DNA of 64,000 nucleotides, from NCBI GenBank assembly GCA_038817835.1, contig JAWAZI010000003.1, forward strand, positions 5,074 through 69,073, given 5' to 3'. Below are positions 48,154 to 59,248 of this stretch, one piece after another; the first letter of the stretch is position 1; each line of letters begins with the position of its first letter. A program made the translations under genes and the position numbers. The DNA comes from Candidatus Pacearchaeota archaeon. GTDB lineage: Archaea; Nanobdellota; Nanobdellia; Pacearchaeales; JAPDKA01. Under the pieces are notes generated by a model that had not been told where the DNA came from, made no database searches, and saw nothing but the letters and a program-made list of their open reading frames with translations.

Positions 48154-48984
48154 GTGAAAAAAATGAAAAATAAAAAAAATTTTTTTAATTTTTTATTAAT
48201 CCCCTTTAAATTTTTTTTTAAAAATATTTATGTAGCTTTACCATCTTTATTTTTTTTGATATCATCTAGCATTATTTCACTTATATTCTCTTTTTTATTT
48301 TTAGCTTTAGGTTTTTCATTAATTAATCAAGATCTAAATCTTGAAAATTTTAAATTCAGTTCTTTTTTTAGTTTATTACTTTTAATTTTCCTTTATTTTT
48401 TATTTTTGATTATTTTATCATCTTTGTTTTTCTCTAGTACTTTAGTTTTTTCTAGAAATATTGTTAATGGATTAAGAGAAAAAAATTATTTAAAAAACTT
48501 ATTTGCTTATACTAAATATTGGTGGAAAATTTTAGTTTTATCATTAATTTTTATTTTTTTGATTTTTATAATTTCTATTCCTTTTAGTTTAATTATTATA
48601 TTTCTTGCAATAAAATTTTTCTCTACTTTTAATACTATAAATTTAATTTTTTTAATTTTAATTTTAATTTTTAGTTTTATTGTTTTAGTAATTTTTTCAT
48701 TATTTTTTTATCCATCTATTTATTGCTTAGTTTATTATGATTCAGGCTTATTGGATAGCATTAAAATATCTTTTATTAATGTATATAAAAATTTTTTAGA
48801 ATTCTTTAACCTAAATTTAATTTTATTTTTAATTTATTCATTGCTATCAATAGTTTCAGTTTTTTCAAATATTATATTGAGTAGTATTGTTAGTGTTGTT
48901 TTAATCTTATTTTTTATCCCATTTTCTTCATTGACAATAATGTATTTTATAAAAAATAAATTTAAAAGAAAAATAAAAAAATGA
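48154..48984 (+). CDS. polytopic membrane protein (276 aa)
   Basis: About 7 hydrophobic helices; 4-nt overlap with downstream secreted-protein gene. Confidence 0.5.
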   Translation: MKKMKNKKNFFNFLLIPFKFFFKNIYVALPSLFFLISSSIISLIFSFLFLALGFSLINQDLNLENFKFSSFFSLLLLIFLYFLFLIILSSLFFSSTLVFSRNIVNGLREKNYLKNLFAYTKYWWKILVLSLIFIFLIFIISIPFSLIIIFLAIKFFSTFNTINLIFLILILIFSFIVLVIFSLFFYPSIYCLVYYDSGLLDSIKISFINVYKNFLEFFNLNLILFLIYSLLSIVSVFSNIILSSIVSVVLILFFIPFSSLTIMYFIKNKFKRKIKK

Positions 48985-50642
48985 AAAATATTGTTATATT
49001 TATTTTGATATTATTATTTGTTTTAGTTTCTATTCCATTATCTTATTCAGGAACATCTCATGGAGTAGTTGGGAAAGTACTCGATTCTTGTGATGGAACT
49101 AGAGCAAATGGAGCAAAAGTAACTTTTTATATTTTAACTAGACCAGATGATAAATTATATGATGTTGTTGGTCCAAGAGGCAATAGTGGAAAAGATAATT
49201 ATTATTTTGTTGATATTGGAAATTTTATTTATCCATGGCAGTCGGGAGAAACATTAATTATTGAGATTTTTAAAGATGAAGATCATGCTGTAAATATAAG
49301 TATTAATTTAACAGATGCTGGTTTTGATGTAGCTCCGACAGTCAAATTGCCAGGCTATTGCCCAAATCATCCACCAATAATAGTTTCATATTATCCACAA
49401 AATCTTTCTTTGATAACTAATAAACCTATAAATTTTTGGGTTTATGCTATAGATGAAGATGGTGATAATCTAGTTTTGAAATGGTATGTAAATGGTGAGG
49501 AAGTTAAAAGTGAGGAAAATAATGGTAATATAAATTCTAGTTTTTATTTTTCTTATAATATTGGAGAATATACAGTTAAGGCAGTAGTTAGTGATTATGA
49601 ATATAATGCATCTGTTGAATGGCAAGTCAAAATAATTAATAATCCACCAGAAATAATTTATTATTTACCAAATAAAACTTATATAACAACAAATACAACA
49701 ATAGAATTTTTTGTTATAGCTAGAGATATAGATGAAGATGATCTAGTTTTGAAATGGTATGTAAATAATGAAGAAAAAAAACAAAAATTTGGAAAAGGAA
49801 ATATTAATGATACTTTTATATTTACATCTTCTCCAGGATATTATATTATAAAAGCAGAGGTTAGTGATGGAATAGGAAGCGATAGAGTTATATGGAGTGT
49901 TAATTTTAGTGGGGAATGTATAGATTATTGGGAATGTGGAAATTGGAGTGAGTGTGATGAAATGGGATTTAGATATAGAGAATGTTGGAAAATAAATCCA
50001 GAATGTCAAAGTAATATAAATCAACCTCCAATGAAAGTTTTTGATCCAGAATGTTTAAATTTAACATGTACTCCAAATTTTGTTTGTGGAGATTGGAGTG
50101 AATGTATAGCAAAATATAATCTTGAAGAAGTTATAGCTCAAGAGCCACCATATTATGTTAAAGGTAAAATGTATCAGGAATGTAAAGATATAACTAATTG
50201 TACAAATTTATTAAGGATTTTTGAAAAAAATTGTAGTTTATATTTGCCTATAGAAATTAGTAGAACAATACAATGTGAAGTAGCATTTATATTTATTAAA
50301 GATCTAAGAACAAATCAAACTTTAGTAAAAATAAAAAAACCAATAGAATTTACAGGAGTTGATATTTATATTGCTCCAAGGGAAGGAAAGCAATATTGTT
50401 GGTATTGCTTTAACGGAAAAAAAGATTATGATGAAGTTGATGTTGATTGTGGTGGACCAAATTGTCCTCCATGTACTTTAAAACAAATTCCACCAAAGAA
50501 GCATAATTTATTTAAATACTTTATCTTATTATTATTTTTCTTAGTTTTAATATTATATATTATCTCAAAGATTAAAGAAATAAGAGAAAATGTTAATCCA
50601 ATTGAGATATTTAGAAAGATAATAAAAATGGAAGAAAAATAA
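48981..50642 (+). CDS. secreted Cys-rich surface protein with N-terminal prealbumin-like domain, two DxDGD Ig-like repeats, CG[ND]WSEC motifs and C-terminal TM anchor (553 aa)
   Basis: Signal peptide; repeats PPIIVSYYPQN...YAIDEDGDNLVLKWYVNGEE and PPEIIYYLPNK...IARDIDEDDLVLKWYVNNEE; CIDYWECGNWSEC and CTPNFVCGDWSEC; terminal hydrophobic helix. Confidence 0.6.
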   Translation: MKNIVIFILILLFVLVSIPLSYSGTSHGVVGKVLDSCDGTRANGAKVTFYILTRPDDKLYDVVGPRGNSGKDNYYFVDIGNFIYPWQSGETLIIEIFKDEDHAVNISINLTDAGFDVAPTVKLPGYCPNHPPIIVSYYPQNLSLITNKPINFWVYAIDEDGDNLVLKWYVNGEEVKSEENNGNINSSFYFSYNIGEYTVKAVVSDYEYNASVEWQVKIINNPPEIIYYLPNKTYITTNTTIEFFVIARDIDEDDLVLKWYVNNEEKKQKFGKGNINDTFIFTSSPGYYIIKAEVSDGIGSDRVIWSVNFSGECIDYWECGNWSECDEMGFRYRECWKINPECQSNINQPPMKVFDPECLNLTCTPNFVCGDWSECIAKYNLEEVIAQEPPYYVKGKMYQECKDITNCTNLLRIFEKNCSLYLPIEISRTIQCEVAFIFIKDLRTNQTLVKIKKPIEFTGVDIYIAPREGKQYCWYCFNGKKDYDEVDVDCGGPNCPPCTLKQIPPKKHNLFKYFILLLFFLVLILYIISKIKEIRENVNPIEIFRKIIKMEEK

Positions 50643-50675
50643 AAATTTATAAAAATTAAAATTTAAAAATAATAA

Positions 50676-51173
50676 ATGGGGGAGATAGATAAAATATACG
50701 AAACAAAGGTAAAATATGGCGGAATTTTTGATTTTAAAAATATTTATACATTAATTTTTGAGTGGCTTTCGGATATGGGTTATTTTGTTGTAGAAAAAGA
50801 ATATAGTGAAAAGATTAAAGCAGAAGGAAAAGAAATAGAGATTAAGTGGATATGCACTAAAAAAGTTACAGATTATTTTAGATTTATTATTAATGTTAAT
50901 TGGCGTATTGATAATTTACAAGAAATTGAGATAACTAAAGAGAAAAAAATAAGAACAAATAAAGGAAATATAGAGATTAAATTTTCAGCAATTCTAGAAA
51001 GAGATTGGCAAAATAAATATGAGGTTTCTCCATTTCATAAATTTTTGAGAGCTGTTTACGAAAAATATATTATACCAAATAGAATAGAACAAATGGAAGG
51101 AAAAGTTACTGAAGAAGTTTTAGATATTGTGAATAATATTAAAGCATATTTAATTTTAGAAGGAAAAAAATGA
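50676..51173 (+). CDS. hypothetical cytoplasmic protein (165 aa)
   Basis: No TM, no motif. Confidence 0.4.
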   Translation: MGEIDKIYETKVKYGGIFDFKNIYTLIFEWLSDMGYFVVEKEYSEKIKAEGKEIEIKWICTKKVTDYFRFIINVNWRIDNLQEIEITKEKKIRTNKGNIEIKFSAILERDWQNKYEVSPFHKFLRAVYEKYIIPNRIEQMEGKVTEEVLDIVNNIKAYLILEGKK

Positions 51174-51207
51174 ATAAAATTTAAAAATATTCACTTTAAT
51201 AATAAGT

Positions 51208-54200
51208 ATGAAAAAAGGGGTGAAATTTTTAATATTTTTCATTTTGATAGCATTAATTTGGATAATTTTTTTATTATTATTTAAGTCTAGAATTACAGGA
51301 TATAGTATAAATGCTAAAAATTTTTATTTAGTTGGAGAAAATTTAGAAGGATTTTATAATTTAAAATTAAGGCAAGGAGAATTATGGCCATTAGATGCTA
51401 AAGTTATAGTAAGAGCTAATAATATAACTAAAGAATTAAGCTTAAGAGATTGGTTAGAACAAAGCGGAATTGATTATGAAATAATCTATGGAAATTTTTA
51501 TGTTTATGATAAAAATATTTATGGTTATGGTGAAGGTTTTGGAAAAATTGGGAAATATATTGAAAAACCAAATATAAAATTTGAGATAAAAATATATTCT
51601 AAAGAAAAAGAAGAAAAGCCAGTAGAAGAAGAACATCCGGTGGAAATAAAACCAGAGATACCTGTTGAACAGCCAGCTCCAATCGAGCAACCTCAAGAAA
51701 CAATTGAACAACCACAAGAAGAAATACCATCTCAAACAGAGCAACCAACCGAGGTTGAACAACCAGTAGAACAACCACAACTACCTCCAGAAGAAGCAGA
51801 AACTCCAACAGTTCCTGAACAACCAAGTGAACAACCTGAAAAACCAGAAGCAGAAAAAGTTCAGGAGGGAATTTTTAGTAGATTAATAAAATATGGTCCA
51901 TTAAATTTTTTCTATTTCTTTAGAAATTTAGTTGGTTTTGCTATAACTAATGAAATTGAAGGGGAAAAAATAATTCAAGCATATGTTAATATTGATAATC
52001 CATATATTTTAGAGATAAATGAAAATCAATATGCTGAGTTTGTTAGTGGAAGTGTAAAAATAAATGATATTCCTGCTGATGATAACTTCATTAAATTTGA
52101 GAAAAAAGATAATAAAATAATTGTAACTACAGATTATAAAATTGAGAGGGAAGGATTTGGGAAAGAATTTTTAGGAGAAGAATTTTACATTAACCTAAGT
52201 TTAAATATTTTTAATTTAACTTTTGATAAGGAAGGTGTTTATGATTTAGATGTTGAGATAATTTATAATAATATTATTCTTGATAAAGCATCAGCTAAAA
52301 TATTTGTTGAAAAATCAAATCAAACTTATTATATTATTAAATTAATTGATGAAAAGGGAAGAGTAATAAAAGAAATTAATATAAGCAAGAACGAAACTAG
52401 AGAAGGGATTAAATTAAAAATAAAAGAAGAAAAAATTATTTTAGAAAAACCCGAAGAAATTAAGGTTTTAAGCTTAATTCCATTTGTAAAGGCTCAGGTA
52501 ACTCAATTACCTAAAGCTCAATTACCTATATGTGGAAATAATGAATGTGAAAGTGGTGAAGATACTAGCAATTGCCCTAGTGATTGTCCTTTTACTATTT
52601 ATAATTATAGAGGTGGAGATATTTCAGTTCAATTTATTTCTCCATCACAAGAATTAATAAATAAAGGAATATTAACAGAGATAGTTTATTCTACCCCTGC
52701 AGACTTTGATTATGCTTTGATAAAGCTTAACAAAATAGATCCATCTTTAGAAATATCTAAAATTTTAAAATGTGAGAATTGGAATGCTATAACTGCTTCT
52801 TGTGTTGGCAATTTTATCCCTGTTGATATTCCTTTTATTGATTATGGAGATTATATTGTTATAAACATAACAAATTTTTCTGCTTATGCTGGTGGTGCTG
52901 GCTATAATGCATCATTAGTTATTTGGGATAGTAGTGATGCTAGAGCTATAGGCATAAACGAAACAATTTTCTTTTATGCAAATTATTCAACTTATCCTGA
53001 AGGAATACCAATAAATGATAGTAATGGCATTTGTTTAGCATTTTTTAGTTTTGAGAATAGACCAGGATTTTCTGCTGAGATGCAATTTAATTATTCATCT
53101 ATGCTATGGGAAACAAGTTTTTTAACTACAGAAGATATGGTTGGTATTAATAATTTTACAGTTAATTGTTCCTCTAGCAATTATGATAATTTAACAGCAA
53201 GTGATGAATTTATAATTCAAAATATTAGTGTTAATATTATAACTAATTGTACAGAAATAAATCAATCTGGAATTTATAGATTAAATGGTAATTTAACTGC
53301 TACATCATCTTCAAGTTTTGATGGAGCATGTATAAAAATTGCTTCTGATAATGTAATATTTGATTGCAATAATTATGCTATTATTAATGATCTAACAGAT
53401 CCTGTTTCTTATATTATAAAAATATCAAAAAGAACATTAGAAGGAGTAGGAACTGGCTATAATGTTAGTATAAAAAATTGTGAAATTTATAATGCATATT
53501 ATAAAGGAATAGAAATTGATACTTTTAATAATCTAAATTTAGAAAATATAAAAATTCTTAATCAAGAAGAAGGTTGTTGTGGTATAGATATATATGATTC
53601 AAATAATATAAGTATAAATAATTATTATTATGAAGGTAGTGGAGCTTTTGGCTTAACAATTAGTAATTCTTCATATTTAATAGCAAGAAATATTAATATT
53701 ATTAATTATCTTTATGGTTATGAAATAATTGGAGAATGTATTAGTGCTAATATATTAAATAATTCTATTTTTGATGAAGGATTTTTGAATTGTAGTATTA
53801 ATTTAAGGTTGAATGGAGGATCTAATATTAATATTTCTAACTTTTATATTACTCATGGTGATATTAGGGCTGGGGGAGAAAATATTATTATAGAAAATAA
53901 TACATTTGAAGATATATACTCTTTTGAAGCAATTGATTTTTGGGGTAGCGAGAATATTTTCATAAGAAACAATATTTTCAAAAATGTTAAAGGGGAATAT
54001 ATTAAAGTAGATTCCTCCAATAATTTTGAAATTTATAATAATACATTTTATTATAATTCTTCTGAGGGTTTGTTTAATATAATATATTTATCTGCTTCAA
54101 ATAATGGAATCATTAAAGATAATAAATTTATTTATGATGACTTTACAGATTCTTCACAGCCTTTAAATAATTCATCATTTATAGAGATAGGTAATGATAA

Positions 54201-56568
54201 TAGTGAAATAATTAAATTTGAAAATAATTATTTTAAATGGGAAGAAAATGAATTTTATTTTGATGCATTGATTATAAATACTACATCTATTTATGCATAT
54301 AAAGGTTCACCACCATCTTCACCAAATAATTTAATACCATTAAATAAATCATTGATTATATATCAATATTCCCATAATAATAGAATAGATTTAAATATTT
54401 CTTTTGATCCTATTTATAACAATATTAGTTATTATAAAATTGATTTATTAAATGATTCTGGCTGGCTTCAACAATACACAGAAATAATAAATAATAAAGC
54501 ATATACTTATTTTGAAACTCCAGAATTGAATGAAACATATGTTTTTCTTAGTTTATTTGGAGAAGCTCCAGCAGAATGCACTTGTAATTCTTGTGAAGAT
54601 TGCATGAATAAACTTAATAATCCTTCTTGTACAGAAGTAAAACTAGTTAACGATATAATAAATATAGATAGAAATCCATGTATAAATATAAGTTTTTCTA
54701 ATAAAATTTTTGATTGTCAAAATTATAGTATAATAGGAAATGAAACTACTTTAATAGATTATGTTGCAATTTTAATAAATCCAGCAAGCAATGTAACAAT
54801 AAAAAATTGTAATATAGAAAGATTTTATAATGCTATTTTACTAGGAATAGGGTCTCGCTCACCAAAGAATTACAATTTTATTAATATAATTAATAATACT
54901 TTATTGAATAATTCAAGAGCTATAACTTACTCTGAAGAAATTGAAATTTATAATAGCCAAATAGAAAATAATACTTTAATTGATAATATTTTTGGTATTA
55001 AATTCAAAGGTTCTAATAATATAATAAGAAATAATAAAATTAGAGGTAGATATAGGAGTAATGCTACTCACATGGAAACCATTGGAATTATGATTTATCA
55101 ACCAAGTAGAAGTACTTTAATTGATAATAATATAGTATGTAAACATGTATATGATATAAAAGCTGATACCTATGCTAGTGGTATACAAAACTATTGTGAT
55201 GTAGCTATTAACTTTAGTGATTCAAATGCTAGTGGTTGTAAGAAAAAAACAGATATTAATTTTGATATAAAATCTTATTTATTAAAATCTGATAAAATAC
55301 CAATTATAAAATTTGATGTTATTCTTTATTCTAATATTAGTGCAAAAGCAAGATTATATAGTAAATATAATTGGAAAGAAGAATGGAAACCAAATTTTGG
55401 AGCATCATCTTGTATTCGTTTATTGGGAGGATCTATACAAGAATCTAGTGAAGAATTAACCTTACAAGAATCAACTTCTAAAGAATCAATTATTACATCT
55501 AAACTTATACAAGAATCTGTTGGAGAAGAATCAATTTCACTACCACCTCCACAGGAAAAGCCTTCACTTCCACCACCAGAGCCAATTCCACCATCTAAGC
55601 CACCATCTAAACCTCCAATAATATTTACTCTTTGTTCAAGTAGCGGAGAATTAGTATCAGTATCTAGCGGGGATGAGATATTTGCTGAAGGTTATGGAAT
55701 TGTTTCTCCAACAGAGCCATGCATGGAAGGAAGAGAAAGCTATAATATAACTTTCCAAGACGCATTTCCATATAAGGATTGTAGTAATAACACAATAATG
55801 GAATTTGAATATTATAAAATTGAGTTTGAGAACTTTTGTAATAAGAAAGAAAGTGATGTTTATTTAAGAAAAACAAATGAATTAATAAAATCTCCATCAA
55901 AACAAACAGGAATTAACTTTGTTTCATTCACAACAGATATAAGATATGGTGGCATAGCTGTTGCATCTGATGGAAAAATGGCAATTGTTACACCTGAGGA
56001 TATAGATTGTACAATTCAATTACCTATTGAATTAAAAGCCGTATCGCCATGGATAACTCTTTCAAGTTCATCAGAGTTACTAACTTCTTGTATAAGTAGA
56101 AAACTTCAAGAAGAAAACTCATCAGCAAGATTGATATATGCTAGTTATTGGGATGAAGAAAGACAAATGTATGTTGGCCATCCTGCTAGCTTATTTGCAA
56201 ATGCATATATTAAAGATTTCCCAATAAAATTAGGAAAATCTTATTTTGTAGATGTTAATAAAAATTTAACATTCACACAATTTGGAAAACTTCCACCAGA
56301 ATCAATTTGGCATGAAATTAAAGCTGTTGGAGAAAAAATTAATATTATAACTTTAACTCCTCATCAACAAAATATAACAACAGTTAGACAACTTTGTAAT
56401 TTATCGTTTGTAAATCCATATGGATATGTTGAATATTGGGATCCAATAAATCAAAATTTTTTACAAGTTGAATCTCAGCGATGTATGTTTTCAACAAATA
56501 CAGCTTTAGATTTATCTATCCCATATAGAGTTAGTGTAATTAAAAACTATTCTGGGCTTATACCATAA
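51208..56568 (+). CDS. giant glycosylated cell-surface protein (1786 aa), paralog of 7312-11934: signal anchor, Pro/Gln/Glu-rich linker, parallel beta-helix repeats, C-terminal Pro-rich segment
   Basis: N-terminal TM; shared blocks with the 1540-aa protein (FGKEFLGEEFYINLSLNIFNLTFDKEGVYDLDVEIIYNNIIL vs FGEEFLGDIHIFNFPLENFNIKLNNTGVYEFHVKFYYKDIVF; CENWNAITASCVGNF...INITNFSAYAGG vs CKNWSIEEFKCYGEW...FNITNFSGISGG; beta-helix entry NCTEINQSGIYRLNGNLT...CIKIASDNVIFDCNNYAI). Confidence 0.75.
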   Translation: MKKGVKFLIFFILIALIWIIFLLLFKSRITGYSINAKNFYLVGENLEGFYNLKLRQGELWPLDAKVIVRANNITKELSLRDWLEQSGIDYEIIYGNFYVYDKNIYGYGEGFGKIGKYIEKPNIKFEIKIYSKEKEEKPVEEEHPVEIKPEIPVEQPAPIEQPQETIEQPQEEIPSQTEQPTEVEQPVEQPQLPPEEAETPTVPEQPSEQPEKPEAEKVQEGIFSRLIKYGPLNFFYFFRNLVGFAITNEIEGEKIIQAYVNIDNPYILEINENQYAEFVSGSVKINDIPADDNFIKFEKKDNKIIVTTDYKIEREGFGKEFLGEEFYINLSLNIFNLTFDKEGVYDLDVEIIYNNIILDKASAKIFVEKSNQTYYIIKLIDEKGRVIKEINISKNETREGIKLKIKEEKIILEKPEEIKVLSLIPFVKAQVTQLPKAQLPICGNNECESGEDTSNCPSDCPFTIYNYRGGDISVQFISPSQELINKGILTEIVYSTPADFDYALIKLNKIDPSLEISKILKCENWNAITASCVGNFIPVDIPFIDYGDYIVINITNFSAYAGGAGYNASLVIWDSSDARAIGINETIFFYANYSTYPEGIPINDSNGICLAFFSFENRPGFSAEMQFNYSSMLWETSFLTTEDMVGINNFTVNCSSSNYDNLTASDEFIIQNISVNIITNCTEINQSGIYRLNGNLTATSSSSFDGACIKIASDNVIFDCNNYAIINDLTDPVSYIIKISKRTLEGVGTGYNVSIKNCEIYNAYYKGIEIDTFNNLNLENIKILNQEEGCCGIDIYDSNNISINNYYYEGSGAFGLTISNSSYLIARNINIINYLYGYEIIGECISANILNNSIFDEGFLNCSINLRLNGGSNINISNFYITHGDIRAGGENIIIENNTFEDIYSFEAIDFWGSENIFIRNNIFKNVKGEYIKVDSSNNFEIYNNTFYYNSSEGLFNIIYLSASNNGIIKDNKFIYDDFTDSSQPLNNSSFIEIGNDNSEIIKFENNYFKWEENEFYFDALIINTTSIYAYKGSPPSSPNNLIPLNKSLIIYQYSHNNRIDLNISFDPIYNNISYYKIDLLNDSGWLQQYTEIINNKAYTYFETPELNETYVFLSLFGEAPAECTCNSCEDCMNKLNNPSCTEVKLVNDIINIDRNPCINISFSNKIFDCQNYSIIGNETTLIDYVAILINPASNVTIKNCNIERFYNAILLGIGSRSPKNYNFINIINNTLLNNSRAITYSEEIEIYNSQIENNTLIDNIFGIKFKGSNNIIRNNKIRGRYRSNATHMETIGIMIYQPSRSTLIDNNIVCKHVYDIKADTYASGIQNYCDVAINFSDSNASGCKKKTDINFDIKSYLLKSDKIPIIKFDVILYSNISAKARLYSKYNWKEEWKPNFGASSCIRLLGGSIQESSEELTLQESTSKESIITSKLIQESVGEESISLPPPQEKPSLPPPEPIPPSKPPSKPPIIFTLCSSSGELVSVSSGDEIFAEGYGIVSPTEPCMEGRESYNITFQDAFPYKDCSNNTIMEFEYYKIEFENFCNKKESDVYLRKTNELIKSPSKQTGINFVSFTTDIRYGGIAVASDGKMAIVTPEDIDCTIQLPIELKAVSPWITLSSSSELLTSCISRKLQEENSSARLIYASYWDEERQMYVGHPASLFANAYIKDFPIKLGKSYFVDVNKNLTFTQFGKLPPESIWHEIKAVGEKINIITLTPHQQNITTVRQLCNLSFVNPYGYVEYWDPINQNFLQVESQRCMFSTNTALDLSIPYRVSVIKNYSGLIP
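51613..51853 (+). repeat. low-complexity Pro/Gln/Glu-rich (EQP-type) linker-coding region with locally elevated GC
   Basis: Imperfect repeats of gaacaacc(a/t)ca encoding EQPQ/VEQP units. Confidence 0.6.
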
Positions 56569-56598
56569 AATTTAAAAATTAAAAAAGATATATTAAAT

Positions 56599-58095
56599 AT
56601 GGGATTAGAAGATATTACTATAAAGTTAGAAAAAAATAATGAAGAAAAAATTAAAAATAAAAATATAAAAATAAGAGATCCTATACAAAGACAAGAAAGA
56701 GAGGGAATATCAAAAAAAATAAAAAAAATAATAAATTCTCATATATTTTCATCTTTAGGGGAAAAACTTTTTATGTTATTCTCGTTATTTATATTTACAT
56801 ATAAAGGTGTATTAGGTGATACTTGGATTCATCCAAGTCAAGCTCTTAGAAGAGCAATACCATCAACTCCTATACCACAAAAAGTTTTTTTACTTAGAAA
56901 GCCACACGATGCAAATTTATATGGGGATACTATTACACTACCAATATGGGTTTCCCAATACCCTGGTGGAGATACTGATATAACTTGGATAGGAGATTTT
57001 GATTATTTCCAACCATGGCTCAAACGTTCAGATACATTATATGCATGGTTAAAATATAATAATGATACAATCGCATGGTTTAAGTGGTGTGCTGATGCTT
57101 ATTATCGCATAGATTCTATTATTCCATGGGGAGAGTTTTTTCCAGATTTTTGCTTTAATTTGAATAATAATATTAGGCCTCACACAGTAGCAGTGGGTCC
57201 TTATTTTGATACTACTGTTGTAGGAAAGCCAGATTCAATATATTTATATCTTAAAGACAATCCAAATAAAAAACTGGATGCAATAGTAGATTGGACATCA
57301 GAAGTTTTATATGGAGGAATATATCAAAACTATATATTCGATTTTCCAATTCAAGAATTATATGAGCCATATTCCCCTGGAGATAGTTTTATTATTAAAA
57401 TTAAAAAAATAAAAACAAAAGATACAATAATAAATAATGATACAATTCCCTTATATAATATAATTTATTCTACAACTTTAAGAGATGCCATAGATACAAC
57501 ATTAGGTAATGCTCAAGTTTTACTTGCAGATTCATTAAATAATTATGTAATAACTTTTCCACAAGAAACAACCATAACAGATATTTATCCACCATATATT
57601 TATAATTTATATGGCCCAGTTGGTGATACAACATATGCTGAAAAATATAATGTTAATTATAATGCCATAGATTATTCTAACTTAGAAAGCAAGCTAGTAT
57701 ATAAAATTTGGAATGGTTACCCATCAACAGACACAATTAATCCTGATTCTGTAGTTGGAAATAAATATTATTTTACTATTTATGTTCCAAACATTCCAGA
57801 TACAATATATGGAGAATACTATGGCTATTGTAAAGATGTTTTTGGAAATATAGGCTATAGTGATACAAACTCTTTTTATATTCCTCAACTTAGGATTAAA
57901 GAATATAAACATAAATATAATAAAAATAATAAAATAAAACCAAAGAAGATAGTATATTTTGGAAAATTACCAAAAAATTTAAATAAAAATATTAAAAATT
58001 ATGATATTTTTGATTTATCAGGAAGGAAAACTTTCTTTAGAAGAAAGGGAGTTTATATCATTAAACCTAAAGATTATAAAAATTTAAAGAAATAA
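56599..58095 (+). CDS. aromatic-rich (W/Y/P/D) hypothetical protein with one N-proximal hydrophobic segment and Lys-rich C-terminus (498 aa)
   Basis: Unusual composition; directly downstream of the giant surface protein gene (30-nt spacer). Confidence 0.45.
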   Translation: MGLEDITIKLEKNNEEKIKNKNIKIRDPIQRQEREGISKKIKKIINSHIFSSLGEKLFMLFSLFIFTYKGVLGDTWIHPSQALRRAIPSTPIPQKVFLLRKPHDANLYGDTITLPIWVSQYPGGDTDITWIGDFDYFQPWLKRSDTLYAWLKYNNDTIAWFKWCADAYYRIDSIIPWGEFFPDFCFNLNNNIRPHTVAVGPYFDTTVVGKPDSIYLYLKDNPNKKLDAIVDWTSEVLYGGIYQNYIFDFPIQELYEPYSPGDSFIIKIKKIKTKDTIINNDTIPLYNIIYSTTLRDAIDTTLGNAQVLLADSLNNYVITFPQETTITDIYPPYIYNLYGPVGDTTYAEKYNVNYNAIDYSNLESKLVYKIWNGYPSTDTINPDSVVGNKYYFTIYVPNIPDTIYGEYYGYCKDVFGNIGYSDTNSFYIPQLRIKEYKHKYNKNNKIKPKKIVYFGKLPKNLNKNIKNYDIFDLSGRKTFFRRKGVYIIKPKDYKNLKK

Positions 58096-58217
58096 AGCTT
58101 AATAAAGCAAAATTTTTTTTATTTTTTAAAGTATCTTTATAAATTTAAATTTTCTATAATTTTTATAGGATAGAAAAATATTTAAAGTTTAAAAATATAA
58201 AATATTATAACTAAAAA

Positions 58218-59231
58218 GTGGTTAAAATGGAAAAAGAATACAAATTTTATTTGAAAAAAGATTGTAGAGACTATTTTATGAATGGGTTAGAATATATTAT
58301 AAATAAATGTTATGATTTAAAATCTATTTCAAAGGAAAATACATCTAAGCTTTTTTCATTAGATGAAATTGAGGATTTTGAATTTTATATCAAATATAAA
58401 CCATATGATGGTAATGATGAAATAGAAAGAGAAGTTTATAATCATGCAAATTATTCAAATTTTACTTTAATATTTGAATCATGCAATCTTAATAAATATG
58501 AATTAGAAAAAATACTTAAAAATTTGGAAACTAAAGGATATATTTATAAAACTACTTTTCCAGAAGGAAATATTATTTTAGATTATTTAAGCTTGATGGC
58601 TATAACAAAAGATGATAAAAAAATCCAATTTGAGCTAATACCAGGAAAAATAAAATATAAAATAGAAAAAAATAGTCCAATATTTATTGATTCTATTTTA
58701 TTATATTTAGAAAAATTTAATGAATTAATAGAAGATATAAAAATTAAATTAGAGGTTGATGAAATTTTTGGTTATTGTGAAAATAATGGAAGATTTGAGG
58801 AATATTTTTTAGATAATTTGGAAAAAATTTATAAAGAAATAGAGAAAAAATATAAACCAAAAATAGAATTTTATGGAATTGATATTCAGAGATTAGCATT
58901 ATTACAAGAAACCTCTCCAGATTCTAAAGAATTTGAGAGAGAATTTGAAAAATTATTATCTCTTGTTGAAAGTGGTGCATTTTCAGGAAAAATTGTTTTA
59001 GATAGCTCTAAATGGAGCAGCTTAAAAGATAAATATCTTTCTGCAAGAAAAATTTCTGAATCAAATATAGAGTTATATAATAGATTATGTGAAATATATG
59101 ATAAATACAAAAATGACAAAGATAAACTTATTAATTCATACATAAAATTAAAAGAAATTATAAAAAATGAGAAAGAATTAAAATTAATTAAGGAATTTTT
59201 TTCAGAAGTGTTAAATAAAAATTTTAAATGA
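58218..59231 (+). CDS. hypothetical cytoplasmic protein (337 aa)
   Basis: No motif recognised. Confidence 0.4.
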   Translation: MVKMEKEYKFYLKKDCRDYFMNGLEYIINKCYDLKSISKENTSKLFSLDEIEDFEFYIKYKPYDGNDEIEREVYNHANYSNFTLIFESCNLNKYELEKILKNLETKGYIYKTTFPEGNIILDYLSLMAITKDDKKIQFELIPGKIKYKIEKNSPIFIDSILLYLEKFNELIEDIKIKLEVDEIFGYCENNGRFEEYFLDNLEKIYKEIEKKYKPKIEFYGIDIQRLALLQETSPDSKEFEREFEKLLSLVESGAFSGKIVLDSSKWSSLKDKYLSARKISESNIELYNRLCEIYDKYKNDKDKLINSYIKLKEIIKNEKELKLIKEFFSEVLNKNFK

Positions 59232-59248
59232 AAACTTATTAACTTTTA

